Assembly: GCF_001194135.2 (NCBI RefSeq)
Contig: NC_068983.1
Span: 79,583,752 to 79,647,751 of the forward strand
DNA length: 64,000 nucleotides
Direction: 5' to 3'
Source of the DNA: Octopus bimaculoides
Lineage: Eukaryota
Positions within the stretch are counted from its first letter, which is position 1. Every line of letters starts with the position of its first letter. Position numbers and translations under genes: made by a program. Below the pieces are notes generated by a model. It had not been told where the DNA came from and searched no databases. It saw only the letters and a program-made list of their open reading frames with translations. Shown here one piece after another: positions 52,701 to 64,000 of the stretch.

Positions 52701-53893
52701 CTGTAAATACTGAGTCCTGTTATAGAAGCAACCTCAATAGTCATCACTTGATATGACATTAATAACCTAAATCTAAACATAGTAAGCACTAATGAAATCT
52801 TTATTAATGTGAAAAAGTAGAAAGGAGAGTTTAGTCTCATTAATATCATTCAACAGAAAGATAGAGGAAGATCTTTCAATTATAGATTCATAAGTGGGTA
52901 AATATCAGCTCAAATTTCCTCTTCAGATAATTTATGCATGTTAAAAAAAAAAATCAATAAAATATCTTTACTTCCTCTGGAAATTAAATAAACTCAGATT
53001 GAGCAATCTTATGCCTGGCATGAACGACCTTTTTTGAGTCATGGGCTACATGAGACAAGGCTCATCATCAACCAAGCCTCGCTACTAAAAAAAATTCCAG
53101 ATGATTTTTCATTAATTATGCTATTCATAAAGTCCTGTGGACTGCACACAACCCATCAGTCACAGTTTGTCCGTGACTGCCTTATACCATTGCAAGATTC
53201 AGTTGATTGTTGCAAACTTTATAACTATCTCATTAGTCAACATAAAGGTTTTTTTAAAAACCGTACTCACAAAAGTGATGTTGCAATGATACTAACTATA
53301 CCCAGCCTGAAAAAGATATGCTAAACATGAATACCTTCTTATCCTCAATGCACCAATAATAACAAATTTCGGGATTTTTTTTTTTCAGGACAGATTCTAG
53401 TCCTTAAAAAAATAATCTGCTTCTATATTAGTGTTGTTTGCATTGTGAACTATCAATTTTCAAACAATTGATTCTAATTAATATCTTATATTCTGGTGCT
53501 ATTTTTAAAAATTTTTAACATGTATTGACTCAACTTCTAATTGCATATAAATATACAGTTTCATAGGATAATGAGTCATTTTATTTAATCTTATCTTCTC
53601 TGTGAGATCCAAGGTCTTCAAATATAACCCCACTCCTTATGTGATTTTCTTCTATGGATATTGTCTGCTGATAGTATATGTCATCTTTGTGCAACACATG
53701 CTTCTATTTGTACGTTTGTCTCTCTGCAATACATTTAATCCCAAGCCACTCTTTCAACTCATTACACATGAAACTAACTTGCCAGACTTTTAGTATATAA
53801 TAGTAGTTGTTGCATAAGGTTTGGAATATCAGAATAAGAAGCAAAAAAAATAAATAGATAATAAATAAATCTATAACTTTAATTTCTCTTTCT

Positions 53894-53980
53894 TGAACTT
53901 TGTATTCCACCTGCTTGTGCATTTCATGAAATTTGAGATGGTGCCAACATCTTTGAATTCTGTCTATATTATTAATAGTA
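53894..53980 (+). pseudogene. Decayed duplicate (pseudo-exon) of 51564-51650
   Basis: Roughly 80-85% identical by eye. It has a 1-bp deletion and TGG changed to TGA, lacks the acceptor AG, and its donor reads GTAGAT. Confidence 0.5.
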
Positions 53981-54559
53981 GATATTGTCATATATTCTAC
54001 CAGTCTGTTTTTCCTTGCCCCAAAATTGAATTTTTTTTTCCTCTCACACTTGGAAGTTGTATTCTATTATTTGCAGTTCTGTTCATATAAATCATTGTTG
54101 CTGTTGTTATTGTTGCTACTACTACTAACAATATTGTATATTTTTTCTTTTTTCATATTCTTGTTTATCTGACTTCCTTTGAATAACATACCCTATACAG
54201 TTTTCTTTACATTTCATGCTTTATTCATTTTTCTATATCACTTTAATGTTTCCTTCTTATATTAATCTATTATATTTTTTTCCTCCTGCTAATTATTTTT
54301 TCATGTCTATTTAGTATTGCTGTTGTTGTTTTTCATGTTGTTTGTGTGGTAATTTCTCCAGTAGTTTCATTTATTCTCTTGTATTTTATCATCTCCATAA
54401 CTGAAATCCTACCCATTAGCTTACAAAACTATTTTTCAGTCTTGATATACTAACAAATTCCAATTTTCTACCAAACCTAAAGAAAATAGTATTGATTATG
54501 TAATGAACTGAATCCTGTTTAGCATTGCTGCTGTATACGCATGTATTTGTGATTACACA

Positions 54560-54592
54560 CTTCACAGATACACATACATATGTGTGCGTATG

Positions 54593-54630
<38 letters not shown>

Positions 54631-54748
54631 CATACACATGTCAATGTATGCACAAACGTGTATTCATATATGCATATACACACAAATATATATGCATATA
54701 TATATGCATAATACAGATGTATAGACATATGTATATGTACATATATAT

Positions 54749-54785
<37 letters not shown>

Positions 54786-54848
54786 TTATGTACATACATA
54801 TGTTTGTGTATATGTGTGTGTATATACATGTACATACATATATATATA

Positions 54849-54879
<31 letters not shown>

Positions 54880-54960
54880 TTATATATTTATATATATATA
54901 TATATCGTACATATATTACACATGCACACACAATCATCATCATCATCATTATCAAATGCA
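54560..54960. repeat. Compound TA/TG/CA microsatellite field
   Basis: Directly visible. A similar field lies at 55630-55790. Confidence 0.95.
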
Positions 54961-55702
54961 TGTGTCTTAGATTCCGACACCGTTAAGTCTACTTGCATTT
55001 TAGAATAATATGGTAAGGTATGTATTTGAAACATTCCTTACTATTTATCATCCTTAATTTCTCTCTCCCCACCACTGTTTTTTTTGTCAGAGATTTTGCA
55101 ATAAACATCTTTATAGATACATTCACAAATATATCCATATACATATTTACAATCCTACACATACATTCATGAATGTATCCATATGTATCCTTACTGTCTT
55201 ATACACATATACATGTACATTTAGACATACATATGTACATAAACATGTGCATATACACTAGTATATGTATGCAAGAAAAAGAGAGACAGAGATCAAGTGG
55301 GTGAATTAACTTCACTATGATTTTGTTTAATGTCAAAGTCTCAAAACAAAAGAACAGAAGGTAAAACTAATATTATAGATGCAAGAGGAATAGATAAACA
55401 ACAAAACACATTTTATGTGTAAGAAATTCTCTAATTTGGACATTGAACAAAATCTAAGTAGTTTTAACTGGCTTTCTATATTGGTAAATTTTTGGTAAGT
55501 CTCTTCATATTGGAAGTAAGATAGTTCCTCAACTCAGACAACCTTCTCAGATCTGTCATTAAGATTCAGTTTTCTTGGAAAATTTACATCTCCTCTGAGA
55601 GAAAGAAAATTGAAAAGTGATGCCAATGTACATGCACATACATACACACAAATACATAAATTTATACATATACACAGATATATGTATGTATGTATGTATG
55701 CA

Positions 55703-55757
<55 letters not shown>

Positions 55758-58700
55758 TCACTTTCTACATTATGTATACATATACATAATGTAGAAAAAG
55801 ATTCCAACAGCTTCTCTTTTTTTATTGCTAAAATACCCAAAGAAAGACACTTTCTAAGATTTTTTGTTTTCTTTTCCTTTTTCTTTTCTTTTCCTTTTTT
55901 TTTAAAGAATATTCTGACATTATTTTTAAAAATAGTTTTGAAACTGATTTCTGTTCAATAGATCTTGTGCCTGTCTTTGAATATGTTGAATTATATTTTT
56001 ATTTAATGCTTACTGTCTGTACACTAAAATTTATAGCATCCAGATTTATACAATTGTTGTTTTATTTATTTCCATGTGTGAACGCATATTTCTTTAAATT
56101 TATAAATCTGGGTAGTTTTGCTTATTTGTATGTATGTGTTTGATTATGCCTAGGTGTTTGTGCGTGTGTGTAGCTGAATTTTAATTTGTAAAGACGTATC
56201 TTGCTACTAGTAGAGAACTGTTACTCATTAAAGTTTGTTGTCACTTTCATTTAACAATTTCCTCCCATAATTCATGTGTTGTTTATATCCTTGACTATGC
56301 TAAACTTTAGAAACTGTCCATACTTCTGGTGTAAATACTGAGATTATTGTCCATCCAAGATGGTCAAGTATTCACTCTTAAAGGTTTTTGACTTTTTCTA
56401 GAAATGAAGTTAAACTAAATGGAAATGTTACCTCATGATTTATTGAATGCACTTTTATTACAACCAATAACTTACAAGTATTTTGTAAGGAAGCCATGCT
56501 TCTATATCAGAAAGATTATCAATCAATCCACTTATGTGTAGCTAACATTATGTTAAAAGATTTTAGAATCTGGTTTTCCCTCTCAAATATTAACATTTTA
56601 TGTTATGATTTAGAAAATATCTGCCAAATCCATAACTGAGATGGTCTTCCTTTGTATGTAAGGGAGGGAAATTCATCAATTTAATGCTTCCATTGTTAGT
56701 ATTTAGAAAAATATTTTCTTGTTAGATATTAGATGCATGCATGGCTATGTAGTTAGTAAGTTTGATTCACAACTCCATAGTTCTGAGTTTACTTCCACTG
56801 TGTAGTATTTTGGGGAATTGACTTCCCCTGTAGCTGCAAGTTAAGTCTCACCTTATGAGTGAAATTTTGTAGAAGGAAGCTGTGCAGAAGCAGTAAAGTT
56901 TTTATCAGTGTATATTTCTTTATTTAAGTTTGTGCATTAGAAACATCGCCACTGATTTTTAAAAAATTAGTATTGTATTGAACAAGTAACTTACCCACTC
57001 AATCAAATATGGATGGATAAAATAAGTATCAGTTGGAAATAAGTACTATGATCAATATCCTTGACCAAACTCCACCACCACTGTAGATAGTGCCTTGGTA
57101 TGGATACAACCCAATAACTGATAGTAAAAACAAAATAAAACGAGGAAATTGTATTGGGAGCCTAATATTCAATTCAAAAGAGAACACTGTTGTTGTTTAG
57201 CTCTAGGACTGAATTGTGCAATGTGTCTTTGCTATTAAAGAAGGCAAGGGTCAGTTTGAGGGAAATTTGACTTCTAATTCTAGTAAGTGAAGTTATTCTG
57301 TAGAAGTTTGCTTACTGGATTGTAAACCATTTTACTGGTTATGCAGGTTCAAAACTATGAAGCTGTTTCTATGTAACATTTATCTCATATGGACACAACA
57401 CAGGCAAGACCAAATGGTGAAGAAGTTCTTTTCATAAGGATAATGTTCCAAATTTGATCCCTCTACATGACAACTTGGGGGAAATGTCTTTTACCATAGC
57501 ATCTAAGTTTTGTGAGTGAAACTGAGGGAGCAGAAACTGTGTAGAATCCTATTGGATGCACTGTACTTGTAACACATGTAATTCAAGGGTCCACCTTTGT
57601 TAGTGTGTCACACTGATTTGGATGTTAATTGTGTAAGTATTTGTGGAATACTCAGTCACTTTATGACTCAATGAGTTCACTTGATTGAACAACTGAATAT
57701 TCCTTATCTAAACTACAAAAGTCTGTATACATATGTTGGCTGCAGCATGTACAGGGATTGTAGTTCTGTAAGCAGCATGGTGACCTCAGTAATGCAGGTG
57801 GCATGCAAAAAAAAACACCCAGTCCTTGGTTGGCATCAGGAAGGGAATGCAGCCAAGGAAACCATGCCAAAATAGACAATGGAGCACAATGTCGTTTTTG
57901 GATACATTGAATCCTGTCTCAAATCGTCCAACCCATTCAAGCATAGAACATAGAAGTTAAATGGTGGTGATGATGATGATGATGACGATGCTGTAACAGC
58001 ACAATTCTCTGTTGTGAGACAGAGCTGATAGTATGTAATTTACTGGAAAAGTCCATGAAAATGAGTTTTTAGCATGGTGAAACTAATGGTAAAAACTATT
58101 TACAAAACATATTTGTTGCTGCCGTTGTTTTTTAGCCTCCAGGTCAACTGCTATCCAGCAGAGCTATGATTGAAATAAGTCCTGTCACAATCATTTCTGT
58201 CATTCTTTTTCAGACATCATCTCTCTATAACTACTTTATACAATGTGACTCTCTCTCTCTTTCACATTTTTAAGATGGTAGACTATGATGGGAAGGGGAT
58301 TTGGTTATTATTTCTAACAGATTAAACAACCTCTTAGAGATTTGCTCGAATGCTTGCCAGAGAAGTCAAAAGGTCAGGTGATGTCACTCTAAGTCAAACG
58401 AAAACACATTTAGCCAATATAAAAATACCATGAAATTTAAAAGAAAAGTAATAATTTAATAAAGATAAAAAAAAAAACATAGCTAGGAGAATATAAAAAA
58501 ACTAGATTACAAAAGAGTAAAGGATAAAAAAGGGTGTGGGAAAAAAGAAGATATAAATAGGAGTTTAAAGACGAAGATAGTGTGTGATAGAAGAAATGCT
58601 ACTCTTACTGAAGGTAGTGGATTGGAATGTGTGAAGTATGTCCTGACATAGTGATAAGATGGCTGAATGCTGGAAGAGCAAAGTTGGCAAGATTTTATGA

Positions 58701-61700
58701 GTGTATATAATAGTATGATAAAAGTGTTTTTATCTATTATTGGAATTTAGTAAAATAAAAGCATGAAAAAAAAAAGCGACTATTTTCCAGTTAACATTTT
58801 GTTGGTTGTTATTTCAATACAGTAAAATGAACTGTCTAAAAAATAAATAGAAAACTAAATTAATGGACTTAGGTGTTTTGCTGGCATATTTTCTCTGATA
58901 ATTTCTTTTCATGTCACCTCTTATAAATTTTTGATACCAAACAAAATCTGACATAGACTTTAACAACTCTTCTAAAGAATAGGAAATGAAAATTTTTGTA
59001 AATCAGCAGAAATGATAAACAAAGAAATAAAGATGAAAAATCCATAAATTAATGAAATAAATTATCTTTCTTTTTAATATCTACTTTATTTTAGCAATGC
59101 TGAAATTATGTGGTTAAGATTAAACTACAATGGCTTGGGCAAATATAATTGTTCCTTGCATCATATTCCTAAATATTGTCTTTTACTTATGCCTTTTATC
59201 TTGTCTTTATTTTACATATTACGAAATAAATAGCACATCATATGATGAAGGAACTAATCAAAGCATTTGATAGAATTACAAATGAATAACACTTATATAT
59301 GTTGTTGTTCTTTTGCCCCAAGTCAGCCTTGTTTGAGCAGAATTATGATCATCATTTTTTCTTTTATTTTTCCATACTTGATATATCTAGGCTGACATTT
59401 TCAAATGTGCCTTATTCTTCCTTAAGATGGTAAGGTGTGATTTGAGGGAGATTTGACTGGTATTTCTGAAAACCTCTTAGAGATTTCTCTCGTTCATTAG
59501 TTTTAAGATTATGTTCATAGGACCTGCATCATGTTAAATGTAACCGTGGTCTCAAATTTGAGATGTAATTAGACAGTGTTAGCATCTGTTCAGGGTGTTT
59601 CTCTTAAATGCCATTCAGTTAAATGTGCATTTTTACTGTGTGGGGATTAGCATGCCAAAGAATAGACGCAACATTTCCTCTGCATCTCGTAAAAAGCAAC
59701 TAAAAGAGATTGAGGTAGGAGTTGCACTCTGAACTTGTAAAACCCTCATTAGCAATGACTACCCTAAATAGACCCATGGGTTGGAGGGTTGCCAGCTAAG
59801 TGGTGCAAAGGTGTCATATACCAGGAATAGGGACTCACCAATAAATGACGCATGCAGTACTGCCCTGTTATAGCACATGTCCCCATACTTTTATTACTGT
59901 TGCTCTTAACACAGCCAATGGTTTAAACTTTGATTATTGTTTCTATAATATTTGTCTTATCATAAAATTATCTAACTCTTATAAAATGATGGAATGTGAG
60001 GTTTTTATGAGGATTTGTCACTATTTTTTTTCCTTCAAACTATAATAATTTGTAATTCATGCTCTTTTACAATTTGGTGATATCATTCAGATAAAGGGAT
60101 GTAAAACAAAACAAAGCAAACTTCAGTTTTCACTGAAGAACCTTTTATGAGGATTGACTTTTAAATATATTTTAATTTAAATTAGCTTTACAAAGATTAA
60201 TTGATTCTGTAATGAGGAAAATATAAATATTGTTAATATAGTTGTTTAGTTTTTTTTTCCTTCTATTATATATTTTATTTTACATTGATGGTATGTTGGA
60301 GTAAATAAATTAACACTCAAATAAAAAAAAATAAAAAACAGATTTAAATGAAAAGTATGTTATTTTCATTGCAGCTGGATTAGAAAAGATAGAAGTGTAT
60401 GCACACTAGGTGGTGTTTAAAGAACCATGTTTTAAATAGCAAATGTTTAATGCCGCAAGTTATCAGTGGTTTTCTGAATAAAATGTGCATGAAGATTGAA
60501 AATATTTCATGTCATTAATGAAAATGAAAAATATTTCTACATCTTTTTTTTTGTTTTGTTTCTTCAGAGTTGCAGCGAAAATAACAAAAAAAAAACTGAA
60601 ATATAAATCATAGCATTAACTAACTGTGAGCATTCCATTATGATTACCCATTGTTAACCTTCTCGTTCCAAATCAAAAGCCTATGAAATTTACCAAATTC
60701 TAATGTTACAGTCTGATAAACTTGTCATTAGCACAATTATTTACAGTTTTCTTGAAATGAAATCTTATAAATCAGAAATATATTCTTTCCTCTACAGGCA
60801 CAAGGTTTGAACTTTGAGAGTAGGGAGCTAGTTGATTACGTTGAGTCCTGTACTCAGCTGGTAACTATTTTGAAAAACAAAGTCAACTCAGATTGTAGAG
60901 TGAGAAGAAATGCTGCTTAACATTTTGTCTGGTGTGCTAATGAGTCTCCTAGCTTACTGCCTTCATAAATTAAAAATATATTAATTGTACACAGCATGAA
61001 TTAAAGTTTGTTATATAAATGCAAGGATTTAGGAGATTGATGAAATTAGTTGAGAAATGGAAAAAATTCTTCACATTATTTAGTTTGCTACGTTTTCTAC
61101 TCTAGGCACAGGGCCTGAAATCTTGGAGGAGGGGACCAGTCAATTAGATTGACTCCAGTATGCAACTGGTACTTAATTTATTGACTGCCTTTACATTCTA
61201 AATTCAAATTCCACCAAGATCAACTTTGCCTTTCTTCATTCCAGAGTCAATAAAATAAGTACTAGCTAAGTACTGGGGCCAATGTAATGAGCTACTCCCT
61301 CTGTAAAAAAATTCTAGCCAGGTGCTGGTGCCATATAAGAGTACTCGTGCTGGTGCACCCAATATACTCTATAGAGTAGTTGACATCAGGAAGGGCATCC
61401 AGCTGTAGAAACCATGCTAGAACAGACAATGGAGCCTGGTGCAACCTCTGGCCTTACCAGCTCTGGTCAAACCATCCAAGCCATGCTGGAATGGAAAATG
61501 GATGTTAAATGATGACAATGTGTTAAAGATGAAAATCATAGCACAAATGCAAAACATTAACTAAATGTTTACTTTGGGAAACAAGTAAAAATAACTTGAA
61601 CATAGAAGTAGTACAAATTATACTTATTTCTTTTATTTTTATATTGCAATTTGTGATTGTAATGTAATATTAGGATTGCATTGCTGGTTAGAAGTTTCCA

Positions 61701-62407
61701 ATGAGCCAATCACTGTTTCACTGGATTTCTAATTGCTAGACTGACAAGACAGTGTCTGTGAATCAATATACAGAATAAGTATCAACGAGAACCTCCATTC
61801 AAAAGATAACAGTTTTCTTTTCACATCACCAAGAAACCAAAATTGTTGTGATGTATTTTGGCATCCTCTTTCAATATACATCACAAGATATACAAACACA
61901 CAGAGCTGTTATATTGATTTCATCTACCACATTCCATTCATAAGGTGTTGGTCAGTTGCAGGTTAAGTTGGTTTGCAGTGGAATCAAAAGTGAATCTACA
62001 TGTTTTTGAAGCCGACTTCTCAGCCATAGTTATACAGTTATATATGTACACACATACTGTACCGTGTTTTGCGTGAATTATTGAATAAAATTTTCATTCT
62101 ACTATGGTGTCCGTGTACAAAAATAAACCTTCAGTGAACAAATGTGTTAGTTAAAGCTTTTGTGTGTTGTTTGTCTGTCTTCCCCCTTAAGTTGTGTGTT
62201 TAGAAAATTAGGAATCATTAAGAATTAATGCAGTTTTGGTTTTTGTAGTTACGAAGTCTGCTACAAGGATTTAAGTTTGATGTCACTGCATGACACCTTG
62301 GGCAATTGTTTCTTATTATAGTCTGAGTATGTCCGATGTTTTGTGAGTGAAATTTGGTAGATAGAAATATAAATTTATAAATATATATATATTTATAGAT
62401 ATATATA

Positions 62408-62446
<39 letters not shown>

Positions 62447-62471
62447 ATATCAAAGCAATTTGGTGTCCTTT

Positions 62472-62890
62472 CTAGTCTAAAATTTTCCTTGGTGACTTTG
62501 CCTTAAGTACAACTTTTATTTCCTTCATTGATAGTTTAGTCCTATTCTTTGCAAAATTAAGTAGAATAGGACTAATCGATTGATAATAGCTATCAGTGTC
62601 AAACTGGATGAATTTTGATTTCTTCTTGTCACTTAGACATTGAAACCATTTAATAGTTCCCAGTGTGTTTAACCATAGGTGGAATTTAATTTTTGATTTA
62701 AGGACATTAAGGTATATATCCAAAATACGTTTACTAAGTTTCCCAGTGTCTGACTTACAAGGACAAATAAGCTGCACTTTTGGATCTGAATGAAAATGTG
62801 GTTTATGGTCCTTCGGGGTAATCCTGGGTCTAGAAGGTTGGTATATCTCAGTGACGTCATCGATTTTGTAATAAATACCCATAGTTCCCT
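62472..62890 (-). mobile_element. Penelope-like element reverse-transcriptase N-terminal fragment
   Basis: Reads RITPKDHKPHFHSDPKVQLICPCKSDTGKLSKRILD...W.NTLGTIKWF...KKSKFIQFDTDSYYQSIS, matching the PLE RT pattern T.KDHK..F...P..RLINP.KS..GK.SK.IL...W.N...VI.WF....F..FDI..FYPSI. It ends close to a (TA)n tract. Confidence 0.88.
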
Positions 62891-63200
62891 GCTATCTTCT
62901 TCCTCAAATCACCATTTTAGCACCAGCAAAAAAAGGAAGATATGTATTTGAATTTTTCTTATTATATATCACATTTAAACACAGACATTTTTATTCTGAT
63001 GTTTAATCTTACATCTCACACTTCTGTATTTGAAACACACTTGATTTTACATGATTCATATGTATACTAATTCATATTTATAATGTATAATTTATAAATT
63101 TTAATTCTTAATATTACAAAGTATAATTTTTATTCTTAAATTTTAATCTTTAATGCTTAATTGTATTGCTTATTTTTAAAGGGATGTAAAATTAGATATA

Positions 63201-63361
63201 AAATATTTTGAAATAGAACCTGAAGATGTGTTGGAATAATTGTAAATCTGACGATTGCATATATGTATTTATATATGTGTATATATAGAGGTATACAGTT
63301 GTGTATATGCATATATACTGGAATATTCCAATACTGAAACACGTGTAGCTCCTTCATATTT
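63201..63361 (+). ncRNA. Hammerhead-ribozyme-like motif (type I) in a probable Penelope pseudo-LTR
   Basis: CTGAAGA(63220-26)-T, an 11-bp stem II GTGTTGGAATA/TATTCCAATAC (63228-38/63324-34), T-GAAAC(63336-40)-ACGT-GTA(63345-47). Stem I is imperfect. Confidence 0.55.
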
Positions 63362-63568
63362 AATAAATATAAGTATTAACTAAAGTAGGATATAATTAAT
63401 GAAGTATATTATATACCCTGCTGGTAATTTTGGTTATATCCTTTAAGTATTATTTCGTGATGTGCAAACTGATACCAGGAGTTTACTGGCAGATATCCTC
63501 ATTAGGTTATTTTTGTATTATCTGAAATAGAGTACCCGCATATCAATTAATCCCAATATATATATATA

Positions 63569-64000
63569 TGTAGTGGCGCGAGTGGCCGCCATTTGGCCGC
63601 CATCTTGGAAAGTGCCATTGCTCATGTGCAAGGGACTTGCCGTCAGCGGAAGTACCCGAGCACACATGCGCAATGCAACAGGTGGAGAGAAAGCAATAGC
63701 GTCCGACCTCTTTTCTCTCTAGCAGTGGTGGCGACAACACGTATCTCTTTTCCATCCAGCAGACGTCGTGACAGGTCGTTCTTTCAGGCTGTCTGACAAC
63801 TCGATCCCAACATGTGGTCGAAGCTTCTTTGATATTCTAGCGGCATGCCTATTCACCCAGGAACGAAATGGCTCTACACCAACCTAGAATAAACTATTGA
63901 TCTGTTGTTACCGTTATCCCTCGTGTTGTTGTATTTCTGGATTTAATGATTAATATAAGAACTGGGGAGAGATGGCCAAGCCATCATATCGCATCCAATT
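63569..64000 (+). mobile_element. Probable LTR (TG start), cut by the window edge
   Basis: An abrupt GC/CpG-rich block starts TGTAGTGG right after (TA)n, with AATAAA at 63888-93. No internal retroelement ORF lies within the window. Confidence 0.55.
63585..63677 (+). promoter_or_regulatory. Cluster of Pol II promoter motifs: two YY1-like sites, one ETS site, a partial NRF1-like site
   Basis: GCCGCCATTTG at 63585-95, GCCGCCATCTTG at 63596-607, CGGAAGT at 63647-53, TGCGCAATGCA at 63667-77. Confidence 0.45.

Noticed and set aside
53034-53324. 96-aa plus-strand ORF
   Set aside because: No recognisable domain. The 5' part looks like a decayed hAT-type MITE (about 53010-53180) with poorly matching ends.
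2298-55961. Many ORF-track entries made of YIYI, HTHT, RERE, LSLS or VCVC runs
   Set aside because: They are translations of dinucleotide microsatellites and N-gaps, which lack stops by construction.
59560-59890. GC-richer island with ...ctcgtaaaaagcaactaaaagag..., recalled as similar to LINE 5' or HDV-like ribozyme regions
   Set aside because: I could not build the nested double pseudoknot by hand, and the resemblance is from memory only. It needs a covariance-model search.

Overview
This is AT-rich, repeat-dense eukaryotic DNA with three short N-gaps, each next to a microsatellite. The SINE families and microsatellite style look like an Octopus-type coleoid cephalopod (inferred from recalled repeat sequences, not a search). 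No long intact ORF is present, and most ORF-track entries are microsatellite artefacts (YIYI, HTHT, RERE). The recognisable content is decayed mobile elements. DNA transposons: a full-length Tc1-like element with DD36E spacing (3068-4337), a full-length DD34D mariner (43318-44548), an internally deleted DD37D maT element (21025-21810) and an internally deleted hAT remnant (about 1490-2166). Retroelements: an R4/Dong-like REL-endonuclease element next to an (AAT)n tract, several RTE and CR1 pieces, a Gypsy fragment, a probable LTR at the right edge, many tRNA-derived SINEs, and Penelope-like pieces (two GIY-YIG copies, one RT fragment). Two minimal hammerhead-ribozyme-like motifs lie in probable Penelope pseudo-LTRs. 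A possible host gene appears only as short AG..GT-bounded candidate exons, including 9-22 nt micro-exons and one 85-nt exon with a decayed duplicate. I could not identify the protein, and some of these exons may be chance matches. I found no convincing wholly new system. The best leads are the hammerhead motifs, the micro-exon chain, the exon/pseudo-exon pair and a foldback palindrome.
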